Shown here: piece by piece, positions 1 through 10,603 of the stretch | Numbering within the stretch: the stretch's first letter is position 1 | How the letters are laid out: every line of letters starts with the position of its first letter | Made by a program: the position numbers and the translations under genes | The notes under the pieces: generated by a model | Told to the model about the DNA's origin: nothing | Seen by the model: only the letters and a program-made list of their open reading frames with translations | Database searches by the model: none | Assembly: GCA_963704645.1 (NCBI GenBank) | Contig: OY969926.1 | Location: 288,001 to 352,000, forward strand | DNA: 64,000 nucleotides | Direction of reading: 5' to 3' | Source of the DNA: an uncultured bacterium | GTDB taxonomy: Bacteria > Patescibacteriota > JACMRA01

Positions 1-1
1 T

Positions 2-1321
2 TCCTCCCCATGCCCAACGTTGCAACTGTTTATATTGGTTAGAAATTGCTTCAAAATAATCATCTGCTTCTACAGCGTCACCTTCGTGTATACCGTAGAA
101 AGGTACAATTTTAAAGTTACCGCCAAAAAGTATTAATGACTTAATGAAAAGCATTGAATCTTCGGCTATAACTTCACGCTGCCAAAAATTTGCTTCCTGA
201 ACTGTTTTTAAAGGAACTGAATAAATAGCAAACAAATAAGCTTCACCATCTAAGCCCATATTCTTCATATTAGACAATGTATTTTCTGAGGCTACTTGGC
301 GTGGCCACATTCCTGTCTCAAAAAAGTTATTAGAATATACATGAACAGGCTGAAAACCTCTTCTGAATCTGTCTTCGGTAATACAAAACTTGTATGATAA
401 GTTGTGGAAAAACTGTGGAGAAACTTTACTATCCGCATCGAAGCTTGTTACTAAGGCCAATTCTTCATCTACATTTCTACTTTTTAACCATAACGAAGCT
501 TGTCTTGCACCCCAGTCTTCATTACTAGCTTTACCCTTAATTTCCCCAATTAAACCATCTGGATGTTGAACAAAAATTATTGTAAGCTTGTCTTTTTCCC
601 AACTGTGCTTAATAGGCTCAGTGTTTGAATAGGCTGAATTAAAATGACTGTTTTTATATACAATGTCTAAATCATTTTCCTGCCAGTTATAAGCTTGAAA
701 ATGTTCTACTTTAGAAACATCATTGAAAATTGAGCTGTTGTGCTCTTCGCCCGCTCTAGCTTCTTGAGTAACAAAAACTACTAGTTTATCTAAATCATAT
801 CCGCAAGAATACAAGCTTTCTAAAGATCTTATCAAAACCTCAGAGGGTTCTTTTACTATAGAAAAAATTGCCACATGCTTAACTTCATCAATATTGCCAA
901 ACTTAGTACCTTGCAGCTCTTTCAGCCTTTTAATGTCGTAACTTATTTCATTTTCCCATCCAATTCTATTTTTAAATTTATCTTTCAAAGACTCGAGCAA
1001 ATCAAATGCAGCTTTTCTTTCTTTCAACTTGCCATGCTTATAAATCTGCCAAAAATCAATAAAATTAAATGTTTCCCATCGCCTAGCTTGTTGATATGTA
1101 TGAAGAGTATGAATTAAATTTAAACTAAATTTCAAAACCCAGAAAAAACTGTAAATAATTAGCAAAATTGCCAAAATTGAAGGGCCAAGCAAAGAAAACT
1201 GAGAGCTTAAACTTAAAAGTAAAACACAACTGAGAATAAATAATGAGGTGTAGCCAACAAGAGACTCTAGAAACCTATAAATTTTTTTCTTTCTTAAAAC
1301 GGCAATGTCTTCTAGCTGCAT
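2..1321 (-). CDS. Membrane-bound GT2 glycosyltransferase (3' end runs off the window; absent from the ORF track)
   Basis: Read by hand from ATG at 1321: MQLEDIAVLRKKKIYRFLESL..., N-terminal TM helices, then KGKASN, FDADS (DxD), IAED and KQLQRWAWGG (QxxRW) motifs of processive-type GT2. Confidence 0.85.
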   Translation of the reverse strand, partial: MQLEDIAVLRKKKIYRFLESLVGYTSLFILSCVLLLSLSSQFSLLGPSILAILLIIYSFFWVLKFSLNLIHTLHTYQQARRWETFNFIDFWQIYKHGKLKERKAAFDLLESLKDKFKNRIGWENEISYDIKRLKELQGTKFGNIDEVKHVAIFSIVKEPSEVLIRSLESLYSCGYDLDKLVVFVTQEARAGEEHNSSIFNDVSKVEHFQAYNWQENDLDIVYKNSHFNSAYSNTEPIKHSWEKDKLTIIFVQHPDGLIGEIKGKASNEDWGARQASLWLKSRNVDEELALVTSFDADSKVSPQFFHNLSYKFCITEDRFRRGFQPVHVYSNNFFETGMWPRQVASENTLSNMKNMGLDGEAYLFAIYSVPLKTVQEANFWQREVIAEDSMLFIKSLILFGGNFKIVPFYGIHEGDAVEADDYFEAISNQYKQLQRWAWGG

Positions 1322-1332
1322 ATTACTTTATC

Positions 1333-1653
1333 TTATTGGAAAATACCAGAAATAACTAAGTAATCACCTTGTTTTTCTGGAAAGTTGGAAATAATATTAG
1401 AACGAACTTTAGCATAATTTTCAGCATCTGAATCTGGTTGGTCGGCTCGTAAATCATCTACAGAAATTGTTCTCATCCCGGCCATTGGTTGAATTGAAGA
1501 AACATCAACTTTTTGTAGCTCAGATACATGCTCTAATATAGAGTTTAGTTCTAATTCATACTTAGCCAACTTATCAGGGCTTAACTCTTTGGAAATTCTT
1601 GCTAGCTTGGCTACTTTTGATACAGCGTCGGAACCCAATTTTACGAAAGACAT
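1333..1653 (-). CDS. gatC: Asp/Glu-tRNA amidotransferase subunit C
   Basis: KVAKLARI, LNSILEHVSELQKVD, LRAD and FPEKQGDYLV pattern; 106 aa. Confidence 0.9.
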   Translation of the reverse strand: MSFVKLGSDAVSKVAKLARISKELSPDKLAKYELELNSILEHVSELQKVDVSSIQPMAGMRTISVDDLRADQPDSDAENYAKVRSNIISNFPEKQGDYLVISGIFQ

Positions 1654-1698
1654 ATTTAGTTTCTAGACATTAAGCTTAACTTAGTCAATTAAATTAAT

Positions 1699-3840
1699 AT
1701 GTATTTTCTATTTTTAGACACAGAGACAAGTTCTTTAACACCTAGCTCTGGTGAGATTATTGAAATTGCAGGCGTAATAGGCCAATTTGATGAACAAAGC
1801 CTTAAATTCAAACCAATTAGCAGCTATCAAAGTTTAATTAAACCGCAAGTAGCCATAGATCAAAAAATTGAAAAATTAACTGGCATTAGCAATTTGGATC
1901 TAAGTATTGCAAAAAATAAGTCTAAAGTTATGGAAGAATGGGCAGATTGGCTTGATACGCAACCAAAAGTTGAAGCTATTATTGGCCACAGCATTGGTTT
2001 TGACGAATCTTTTTTACACTCAGAAAAATGGTATTTACCAGAAGTGAAGCTAATTGATACGCTAGATTGGGCAAAGCTGCTGCTACCAGAATTTTACGCT
2101 ATTAATTTGGAGTATATTCAGGGCGTAATTGGTTTTAAAGCCACAGATCTAGGACTTGAAGAAAATTTATTAAACACTCTTGCAGCTCACAGAGCTTTGT
2201 ATGATACTTATTTATGCATTCATACCGCCAACTTTTTACTTGCTGAATTTATTAAACTGCCTATATCAGCTGAATTTGCTAACAATTTTCAGAAGGAATA
2301 TTTTCAATTCAACTTTAATTTTTATCCAAAAAACTTTTCTAATGATAAATTTGGTCAGCTAGAAAATAAATTAAGCAATGAGAATAAAGTGTTGAATGAA
2401 GAAAATGAAAATGTTGGGAAGAACGACATTATTAAAAGTGAAGAAAAACAAGTTGTTAAACTTAAACTGAACGTTTTAGCTAATGGTCAACTGGCCAAAC
2501 CAAGCTTTGAAAATCTATTTTCTTACTTTACTAGCGAAGAAGAGCATAAAATAAGATTTTTGTGTTTGCAACAACACGGTAAAGTTCTTAATTTCCTGCT
2601 TCACCAAATTTATTTCATACTTCTAAAAAAGAAATTAAACCATAATTTGAATTTTAAAATACATGCTTTTGGAGAAAGTTCTTACAATCTTAACTTTATT
2701 GTATTAAACAGCTTGGTAAAATATGAATTAGAAAAAAACCTTGGAGTTTGGGAAATGCCTGAAAAAATAATTAGCCAAACAAAACAAATTGTTTATTCTT
2801 CTTTAGAATTAGGGAAGGCAGCAGATTTAGCTTTAATATTAAATGAAAACATAGATAAAATAAAAGAAATTAACACATCAAATCAAAGTAATTTATCTTA
2901 TTCAGAGTTACTTAAAAAGTTTAGTGCCAACCACGATTTCCTATTCTTCCACCTGCAAAATTTATTTCAAAATTACGAATACACTTTTTTGCCAGATAGT
3001 TCAGATTTAGCTGTGTTAAATATTAAAAAACAGATTAGCCAGATTCACGAGATTATTGAAGATTTAAAAACACGTGTTTTAGAAACAAATAATGTTGTAT
3101 TGAAGGCAATATATGAAAATTTTACAAACGAAATTACCAAATTTAATCTATTTCCAAACAATATTTACAAAGTCCATAACCAAAATGGTAGACTAGTTAT
3201 ATTAACAAAAAACACAGAGTTTAGCTTAAGCAATTTTGTGGAAAATATAATAGCCAAAAACAACATTAAAGAAATTATCACTCACCTTGATATCAATGCT
3301 TGGAAAGATTTTTGCTACAGCCTGAATTTAGTTAAAAGTTTTGAGGGTGTAAAAATAAACTTTTCCCAGAAAAAGAATATAATTCTTCCAAACGAAAATA
3401 ATTTAGAGAATATATTACTAAATTTATACGAGAAATCTTTGGAAACAGGGAAAATCTGCTTAGTATTGGCGGGTCAAAATTCCAGTTTAAAAGATTGCCA
3501 GAAAAGGTTAGTTGAAGGATTTAAATACAACCAATATTTAGTTTTGGGTGAATCTGGAAGTTTAACTAAAATTAACTCCAAAATTATAAATGGTTTTAAA
3601 GGAATTGTTGTGGGTAAAGTTTCTAATTTAGGCTATTTTGCAAATTTGAAAAACCCACAAATAAGCGCAGTTTGCATTATTAATGATCCGTTTTTGTATG
3701 TAGAAGAAGGTTTTGTTTCTAAAGAAAAACGCTCTGAAATACTTCCTACTTTAAAAAGTGTATACTTACAAAGCATTGCAAATTACTCACAAATAGTTTT
3801 TCCAGATACAGAATTTATGTTTGTTAGAAGCTACTCCTAA
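1699..3840 (+). CDS. DEDDh 3'-5' exonuclease fused to a degenerate DinG-like helicase region
   Basis: FLDTET, GHSIGFD and AHRALYD exonuclease motifs; C-terminus CLVLAGQ...GESGSLTK...VCIINDPF resembles the DinG C-terminal domain; no Walker A or DEAH seen. Confidence 0.7.
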   Translation: MYFLFLDTETSSLTPSSGEIIEIAGVIGQFDEQSLKFKPISSYQSLIKPQVAIDQKIEKLTGISNLDLSIAKNKSKVMEEWADWLDTQPKVEAIIGHSIGFDESFLHSEKWYLPEVKLIDTLDWAKLLLPEFYAINLEYIQGVIGFKATDLGLEENLLNTLAAHRALYDTYLCIHTANFLLAEFIKLPISAEFANNFQKEYFQFNFNFYPKNFSNDKFGQLENKLSNENKVLNEENENVGKNDIIKSEEKQVVKLKLNVLANGQLAKPSFENLFSYFTSEEEHKIRFLCLQQHGKVLNFLLHQIYFILLKKKLNHNLNFKIHAFGESSYNLNFIVLNSLVKYELEKNLGVWEMPEKIISQTKQIVYSSLELGKAADLALILNENIDKIKEINTSNQSNLSYSELLKKFSANHDFLFFHLQNLFQNYEYTFLPDSSDLAVLNIKKQISQIHEIIEDLKTRVLETNNVVLKAIYENFTNEITKFNLFPNNIYKVHNQNGRLVILTKNTEFSLSNFVENIIAKNNIKEIITHLDINAWKDFCYSLNLVKSFEGVKINFSQKKNIILPNENNLENILLNLYEKSLETGKICLVLAGQNSSLKDCQKRLVEGFKYNQYLVLGESGSLTKINSKIINGFKGIVVGKVSNLGYFANLKNPQISAVCIINDPFLYVEEGFVSKEKRSEILPTLKSVYLQSIANYSQIVFPDTEFMFVRSYS

Positions 3841-3911
3841 TTCACCTTTTATACACACTTTGACACATAAAAAATAAAAGGTTATTTTAGGGTAAGGAAA
3901 CCAATTTTGGC

Positions 3912-5165
3912 ATGTCAGATGATATAATTTTAGAAAAATTAAAAATAGTTTATAACGCTATAAAAAAACCTGGCTCTTGGTATACAGGCTTGGCAATTAA
4001 ATCTTTCTTGCAAAAACAATACTTCAGCCAGCTAGAAAATTTTAACAACAAAGTAATAAACGCAGGTAGATGGAGCGCTTACACCCATTTTAGCTCAGAA
4101 TTAGCTTTTAATAATTTACTAGATAAGAACCACATAGAAACAGGCTCTACGGTTTTAATTCATCCACTTTTACCTTCTAAATTTGTAGATATTTTAATTG
4201 CACGACAACTAAATATTTTAAGCTTAGATATTAATAAAAACACTTTAAACTGGGATAAACAAAACCTACTAGATTATATTAGACAGCTTAGATCTTTAAA
4301 CAAAGAACCTCATTTAATAATTCAATATTCATTTAACGGCATAGTAGAGGGAATTACAAATTCTTTATCTGAAATACAGCAACTTACCATACCCAATCTA
4401 ATAGTACTAAACCAACCTACTATTAGTGTTCAAAGCTTGCAATTATGGCAAAAAATTGAACTTGGTAGCGTTTTGTGGTTTGCAGGAAACAGCTTTTTAG
4501 ACGACGAACTAGCGGCAGACACAGGGCAAAATTTAACTAACAGAGATTGGTATATTTCTTGGTATTTAGAGGCAAGAACAAAATCTATTTTAGAATACCA
4601 TTTAAGTAAAAGCCAAGAATATTTTAGCCCTTTATTAGAGGCATATTTCTATATTTTATTAACAAAATTTAAAAACCAAAACTGGTGGGCATTTGCCTTG
4701 CCTTGGGGAAGTCAGTTTGTAAATTCAATACAATTTAAAAGTTTACAAGAGGCACAGCAAGTAATTTCAGATAGTTTTGAAAACCTAGATTATATTGCAA
4801 TACCTGATGTAATTTTTGAGCTAGAAAACAACGTTACACATAAAATTCAAAACTCACCGAATCAATTTATTAACAATTCTCATGTTGCAGCCAGTTTATC
4901 TAAACAAATTTATCACTGGCTTTCAGATTTACTTCCAACATTAAGCCAAGGAAGCTTAGAAATACCAGAATACTACTTAAATCAAAGTTATTTCAACTAC
5001 TTTTTTTATACCACAGCACCAGAATATTTTGTACAGCTTTGCCAAGCAAAAAACTATACGATATCTCAATCCGTTAGTATTCATCAAATATTTACAGATA
5101 AGCTTAACCTTCCTATAGCTAATTTTGTTAACAATTATTATTTTGGCATTCAAACAAGCTTATAG
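3912..5165 (+). CDS. Degenerate DegT/DnrJ/EryC1-like fold protein
   Basis: GSTVLIHPLL...LSLDINKNTLNWD and LIIQYSFNG resemble the DegT N-terminal region; canonical PLP motifs not seen. Confidence 0.45.
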   Translation: MSDDIILEKLKIVYNAIKKPGSWYTGLAIKSFLQKQYFSQLENFNNKVINAGRWSAYTHFSSELAFNNLLDKNHIETGSTVLIHPLLPSKFVDILIARQLNILSLDINKNTLNWDKQNLLDYIRQLRSLNKEPHLIIQYSFNGIVEGITNSLSEIQQLTIPNLIVLNQPTISVQSLQLWQKIELGSVLWFAGNSFLDDELAADTGQNLTNRDWYISWYLEARTKSILEYHLSKSQEYFSPLLEAYFYILLTKFKNQNWWAFALPWGSQFVNSIQFKSLQEAQQVISDSFENLDYIAIPDVIFELENNVTHKIQNSPNQFINNSHVAASLSKQIYHWLSDLLPTLSQGSLEIPEYYLNQSYFNYFFYTTAPEYFVQLCQAKNYTISQSVSIHQIFTDKLNLPIANFVNNYYFGIQTSL

Positions 5166-5227
5166 AAATATCATGGAAAGCACAAAGGAGATTCCCAATC
5201 ATATTTAAAACATTAAACTATAAAATT

Positions 5228-5791
5228 ATGCCTGAAAATAATGAAAAATCTTCCAAATTATTAAAGAATTTTGCTATTGCTACATCGACACTTGTTCTAA
5301 TATACTTAATTGGTTTTATGATTTATTGGTTTTTTCCCAGTATATTTTTTAAATTTGGCTCATCCAATCTTCAGAAAACTGAGAATTTTAGAACTACCGA
5401 TTCAAAATTAGCATTGAACTTAGAAAGTGTGGAAATAGCCAATTCGCCTGATGAAATTGAACGTGGTTTAATGTACAGAAAAGAATTATGCCAAAAATGT
5501 GGAATGCTTTTTGTTATGCCAAACAATAATTATCAATACTTTTGGATGAAAAACACAAAAATTCCTTTAGATATTATTTTTATCGATCAGAACTATAAAG
5601 TTGTTAATATTGCTGAAAACACCACTCCTTTTTCCACAGATAACGTAGCTTCAGAGGGTTTGGCAAAATATGTTTTAGAAGTAAATGCTGGCCTAGCAAA
5701 ACAAAACAATTTACAAAAGGCAGATCTAATTGATGTTCCCAAGTTTTTAGATCGGAATAAAGAATTCATTTGGGTTCAAGCTGAATTATAA
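5228..5791 (+). CDS. DUF192 family membrane-anchored protein
   Basis: VEIA...ERGLMYR...GMLF...FWMKNTKIPLDIIF...YVLEVNAG. Confidence 0.9.
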   Translation: MPENNEKSSKLLKNFAIATSTLVLIYLIGFMIYWFFPSIFFKFGSSNLQKTENFRTTDSKLALNLESVEIANSPDEIERGLMYRKELCQKCGMLFVMPNNNYQYFWMKNTKIPLDIIFIDQNYKVVNIAENTTPFSTDNVASEGLAKYVLEVNAGLAKQNNLQKADLIDVPKFLDRNKEFIWVQAEL

Positions 5792-5944
5792 CTGAACAAT
5801 ACAACAGTAAAGATGTGTCGAGAACTTTTAAATAATAAGAATAGGCTTTTCTTAAGCTTGATTTGTTTAAAATGATTTTGATACTATTCTGAGTTTCGGC
5901 TTTAGCCATATATAGTTACAAAATGTTATATAACATCATGGCTT

Positions 5945-5973
5945 TTGACAAAGGTTGTAAGTAGAACAAAATT
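5945..5973 (+). promoter_or_regulatory. Sigma70-type promoter, probably leaderless transcript
   Basis: TTGACA at 5945-5950, CAAAAT/AAAATT at 16-17 nt spacing, ATG at 5979. Confidence 0.55.
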
Positions 5974-5978
5974 ATAGT

Positions 5979-6800
5979 ATGAATAAACCAAACTTGGTTA
6001 CTTTAATTATTCCAGCAATGAATGAGGAGAAAAGGATAGAAGCACCTTTAATTTCTTATTTAGACTCTTTCCGAAAAGCTTTTCCAAATAATTTTGAAAT
6101 TTTAGTAGTAATTAACGGTACTACAGATAAAACTTTAGAAGTAATTGAATCAATTCAAACAAATTATAACGAGCTAAAGTATCTAGTTTATCCTGATAGA
6201 ATAGGTAAAGGTGGCGCAATAAAGCAAGGTTATAAACATGCCAACTCAAGCTTAATTGCTTTTACAGATGCAGATGGCTCAACCTCGGCCGAAACCCTAA
6301 TTAGGCTTATAAAAATTTTAGATGTAACACCAAGTTTAGAAGCGGTTATTGGATCAAGAAAAATTCCTGGTGCAGTTGTTTCCAACAGGGTTATTTTTAG
6401 AGAAATTTTTAGTTGGGGCTTTCATATCGGTATAAATTTAGGTTTTAATTTGGGCATAAAAGATACACAATGTGGAGCTAAAGTAGTTAGAAAAACAATG
6501 GTGGAGAAAATTCTACCTTTTCTAAGTATTTCTAACATGGCTTTTGATGTTAATTTATTAGTTGCAATTAAAAACAATCAGGGTGACATTTTAGAAGTTC
6601 CAGTAGAATGGGATGATGATACACAGTCTACAATTAAAAGACCCTTTAAAACAGCTTTTATTATGGCCATGTCAGTTTTTAGGTTGTGGATACTATATTC
6701 TCCATTTAAAAATATAATTTATCCAATTTTTTCACCTTTTATTAGCTTTTACTGGAACAAATTTATAGAGCCAGAACGCAAATTAGAACCTAAAGATTAA
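5979..6800 (+). CDS. GT2 glycosyltransferase, polyprenol-phosphate hexose synthase-like (DPM1/ALG5 type)
   Basis: IIPAMNEE, GKGGA, FTDADGS, IGSR, DTQCGAK, FDV, EVPVEW. Confidence 0.9.
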   Translation: MNKPNLVTLIIPAMNEEKRIEAPLISYLDSFRKAFPNNFEILVVINGTTDKTLEVIESIQTNYNELKYLVYPDRIGKGGAIKQGYKHANSSLIAFTDADGSTSAETLIRLIKILDVTPSLEAVIGSRKIPGAVVSNRVIFREIFSWGFHIGINLGFNLGIKDTQCGAKVVRKTMVEKILPFLSISNMAFDVNLLVAIKNNQGDILEVPVEWDDDTQSTIKRPFKTAFIMAMSVFRLWILYSPFKNIIYPIFSPFISFYWNKFIEPERKLEPKD

Positions 6801-6818
6801 CCTAAAACTTTCGAAAAT

Positions 6819-7958
6819 ATGAATATACTATTTTTATCTTGGAAAGACATTAAAAACCCTGCCGCTGGAGGGGCAGAATTATTTCACCAAGAAATATCTA
6901 AAAGGTTAGTCTCAGAAGGACATACTGTAACACATTTAGTACCAGGCTATAAAAACAGCCTACAATTTGAAACTGTTGAAGGAGTAAATATACACAGAGT
7001 TGGCAGCTCCACTTTATATTTCTACTGGTTGCCTGTAGTATTTTTTAGAAAATACCGTAAAGAAACAACTGTGTTAGTTGATGTTTTTAATTGTTTTGGC
7101 AGCTTTTTCAACCTTTTTTGGTTCAATCACAAGAAAACAATATTCTTAATTCATCATGTTCAAGATATTTTATGGTTTCATCAAACAGTTTTTCCCGGGC
7201 TTCCAAATTGGTTAGTTCCAATAATTAACTTTTTCGGATATTTCTTAGAGAAAATACAACTTTACCTTTACGCCCTAATTTTTAAAGGAAAAGTTGCAAC
7301 AGTTTCCAACTCTACTTTAAACGAACTTAGTGGGTATGGTTTTGATAGGACTAAAATTAAACTTTTAAGCGAAGGAATAACGGGTGAACCATTAGCTAAA
7401 TTGGAAGATTCACTAAAAAAAGAAGAAGAATTTACAATGCTAACAATTGGCCTGCGTAAAATGAAACAGCCAGAGCATACTTTAAAAGCCTTTAGCATAT
7501 TTCAAAAAGATCATGCCAACAGCAAATTGTGGGTACTAGGCTGGGGAACAGAAGGAGATAAACTTAAAGAATTGACCAAAAGTTTAGGAATAGAAGAAAA
7601 TGTCATTTTCTTTGGAAGAGTTAGTGACCAAAAGAGGGATGAATTAATGCAGAAAGCACATTTACTTGTAACTACACCAATTAAAGAAGGTTGGGGAATT
7701 ATAGTTATAGAAGCCAACGCATTAGGAACACCAGCTCTTGGATACAATGTTCCTGGTTTAAGAGACGCTTTAAGCTTTAATAACGGATGGCTAAGCCAAC
7801 CAAACATAGAAAGTTTAGCGGAAGATATGAAACTTGTGTATAACTTGTGGAAAAATGAACCTAGTAGATACAACACCATAAGAGGAAATGGCTTAAAATC
7901 ATTAAGTACCATTAACTTTGATAAATCTACCGAGCAATTTTTAGAACTTGTAGCATAG
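6819..7958 (+). CDS. GT4 glycosyltransferase
   Basis: AGGAE N-terminal motif; EGWGIIVIEANALGTP (Ex7E). Confidence 0.9.
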   Translation: MNILFLSWKDIKNPAAGGAELFHQEISKRLVSEGHTVTHLVPGYKNSLQFETVEGVNIHRVGSSTLYFYWLPVVFFRKYRKETTVLVDVFNCFGSFFNLFWFNHKKTIFLIHHVQDILWFHQTVFPGLPNWLVPIINFFGYFLEKIQLYLYALIFKGKVATVSNSTLNELSGYGFDRTKIKLLSEGITGEPLAKLEDSLKKEEEFTMLTIGLRKMKQPEHTLKAFSIFQKDHANSKLWVLGWGTEGDKLKELTKSLGIEENVIFFGRVSDQKRDELMQKAHLLVTTPIKEGWGIIVIEANALGTPALGYNVPGLRDALSFNNGWLSQPNIESLAEDMKLVYNLWKNEPSRYNTIRGNGLKSLSTINFDKSTEQFLELVA

Positions 7959-8098
7959 CTAATTGTTTGTGAAATATACACTAAAGATGTGGTGATTGGT
8001 AGTTTGTTTTACCATATTCACATCATTCTAGAGCCTTAAACAAGCTCTCAAGTCAGTTTACTACAGCTCAAGCGATCTACTATACTAAATCACACCTT

Positions 8099-9085
8099 CT
8101 ACTCAGCGAATAACCAGCATAAACCTACAATTTTTATATTATTTTTAGTACAATTAAACTGTTGGAAATAATTTTGAATAGTAACTGCAGCCTCATTTAT
8201 AGTGGCTCCTGTTGTTGTTACATCATCAATAATTATCCAAAGTGTACTTTTTGAGTTGGCAGTGTTTATTAATTCTTTGGTATTTTGATTTTTGTTATTA
8301 TTTGAGATATTTTTGTTTAGAAAATCTAATTTCTGTATGTTTTGGGTGTTTATTTCAAATGTATTTTGTATGTTTTTCTGTCTTTGTTCTTTAGTTAATT
8401 GGGTTTGTCTTTCAGTATTTTTATTTTTCAATAAAGCTTCCAATAAATGCACATTATTACTTTGATTAGCCTCAAGTCGATTGACGCACAGAGATGGCTT
8501 CAACTCTATGTTTGAGTTGAAATATGAATTTTTGTTTTTATATAGTGTTTTTATTTTTTTGAAGGCCTGCTCGGCTATAATTTTGGGCAAATGAAAGCCT
8601 CTTTGGTTCAGCCTATTAATGTCTGGAGGAATATAAGTTATAATTATTTCTTCATAAAGTAAAAAACTCCTCTGATCTAATAAAGAATACAGGAAAACAC
8701 CAATCTGCTGACCTACTTGCTTAGCTATTACCCACTCCGAGTTAAACTTAGCTTGATGGACAAGCCTCTTCATTACGTCATTTTTGTATAAGGCGGCGTG
8801 TATAACGGGATAGATTTTACTTTCTTCGCTTCTATTAGCTTTTTCATCAAAATCAGGCAAACTAGACTCCATACTTTTCCACAACAAACCAGAATTCCAT
8901 GCAGCACCTTCAAAATAGTTGTGAATAGAATAAGATAGATTAGAATTTTCGATATCAACCTTTCTTTCCCAAGAAGTATACCTGGTAAGACTAAACTGTT
9001 TATCATCTTCAGTTGTTAAATATTGCCCACCCTTAATTTCCTTTGGGAAAACGAAATCCAAAATATAATCTAAAATTTCTTCCAC
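8099..9085 (-). CDS. comF: ComF-family phosphoribosyltransferase-like competence protein
   Basis: LDFVFP start, RGFH, QTQL..EQR.KNI, IIIDDVTTTGAT. Confidence 0.8.
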   Translation of the reverse strand: MEEILDYILDFVFPKEIKGGQYLTTEDDKQFSLTRYTSWERKVDIENSNLSYSIHNYFEGAAWNSGLLWKSMESSLPDFDEKANRSEESKIYPVIHAALYKNDVMKRLVHQAKFNSEWVIAKQVGQQIGVFLYSLLDQRSFLLYEEIIITYIPPDINRLNQRGFHLPKIIAEQAFKKIKTLYKNKNSYFNSNIELKPSLCVNRLEANQSNNVHLLEALLKNKNTERQTQLTKEQRQKNIQNTFEINTQNIQKLDFLNKNISNNNKNQNTKELINTANSKSTLWIIIDDVTTTGATINEAAVTIQNYFQQFNCTKNNIKIVGLCWLFAE

Positions 9086-9160
9086 TTTTAAACACTATAT
9101 AAGATGCCTGCATTAGACTAGCGGAAACTATGTTCATTTATTGGACAAGCCTCATTAACA

Positions 9161-10243
9161 CTAGTAAATCTTCCTAGGTAAAAACGCTTTTTTCGGCCTA
9201 AAATCTGATGGCAAACCTCTAATTTCTATCAAATCCACAGCCCCACCAATACGTTTGAAAATGTTGTAGAAATTAAGCTGCGAACCTGGAGTGTAAATAT
9301 ACATTGCACAGGTAATTCCATTTTCTAGCTTAATACTTTGCCCTTGTATTGTAACAGTATTGCCAACCTGAAATTGCCCTCCAGCACCAATAAAAGCGTA
9401 AGTTCCACCTACTTTACACTGCTCACTTCTTAACCTTAGCAACCTAACCGCATAGTAAAGTTGTTTGTAAAAACCTTTAAAATATTTCCAGTCAGGGTTT
9501 TCTGGACTTCCAGTGTATAAATCGTCTTTATCATAACAAGATCTGGCTATGGCTGCCTCTCTTTCAGCAAAATTTGTGCTTGTTGCTTTAGGAATATCTC
9601 TACACATATAACCTACAGCCCTATCTAGACGATATTGCAAGGTATTGATGCTGTTAAAAGTTCCGGGCTTACCGTATGGACAAGCACTGTTTATATCTGC
9701 ATCTGGCATAGCACAAGGCCCTGTAACTAAACTATTTTCTTTATCTAAAAATGCTAAGATAAAAGCAGGGTTCATGGGTAAGATTCTGTTGTTTATACAC
9801 AATCCTTCATAACCCATATGACAACCATTTCCCATATCTTCACGAGTTAGTTTCCAAATAAACTCTGCAGCGCTTATAGTTTGCCCTGTAATTGGCCCAG
9901 CAGTAAATTTTGGCTGCAAGTATGTAGGTAGATAAGAAAAAGTACTGGTTTGAATTAAAACATCATCTGGTTGCAAACCAATTACAACACGGTAAGTAGC
10001 TAAAATTGAGTTGTTTGCTTCTAAATACTTTTGAATTTTTTCTGCAGAGCTAAAACGTAATGGTAAAGAATAAAAATCTTGGTCTGTAAGAACCATGCCA
10101 GGATTGTAAGTTTCAGGTAAAGCTTTAGCTACAGGAGTATATAAAATACCTAAATTAGTTAAAATAAATAATGTTAGGGTAATTAGAACAAAACTTGTGG
10201 AAAAGTATTGGAAAAATTTGGGGTAGTGTTTGTAAAACATCAT
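9161..10243 (-). CDS. Exported Cys-rich protein, possible lysozyme-like fold
   Basis: Signal peptide/TM ending AKA; IQKYL, NPAFILAFLDKENSL, GFYKQL, ENGITCAMYIYTP motifs. Confidence 0.5.
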   Translation of the reverse strand: MMFYKHYPKFFQYFSTSFVLITLTLFILTNLGILYTPVAKALPETYNPGMVLTDQDFYSLPLRFSSAEKIQKYLEANNSILATYRVVIGLQPDDVLIQTSTFSYLPTYLQPKFTAGPITGQTISAAEFIWKLTREDMGNGCHMGYEGLCINNRILPMNPAFILAFLDKENSLVTGPCAMPDADINSACPYGKPGTFNSINTLQYRLDRAVGYMCRDIPKATSTNFAEREAAIARSCYDKDDLYTGSPENPDWKYFKGFYKQLYYAVRLLRLRSEQCKVGGTYAFIGAGGQFQVGNTVTIQGQSIKLENGITCAMYIYTPGSQLNFYNIFKRIGGAVDLIEIRGLPSDFRPKKAFLPRKIY

Positions 10244-10603
10244 AAAAATTTGGGATAAGTTTTAAGTATATTTTCTCAACTAAAGAAAGCCAATAAGCTG
10301 TTAGTAAACTATCAACAATTTATTTAGCCAACTTTCCTTTATCAATCAGCAAATTACACTTGTCCACAGGTTTTGTCAACATTACTATTAAAGTTATTTT
10401 ATATATATTAAAGGGCTCTTGAATCAAATTTAACAGAAATTTAAGAAACTATTAAAATATTAATTTTCCATTTAAAAAAAGATTTATTTGAATTAAAACT
10501 ATAAATTTAAACTTTAATATATTCTAAAATAATTTAAAATCATGAAATATTTATTATATCTAAATCTCATAAAAAATATGCAAACGTACATTTGAAACTA
10601 TTT

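Noticed and set aside
10244-10603. AT-rich 360-bp region as a replication origin
   Set aside because: No cluster of DnaA boxes and no dnaA/dnaN nearby; better explained as a divergent promoter region
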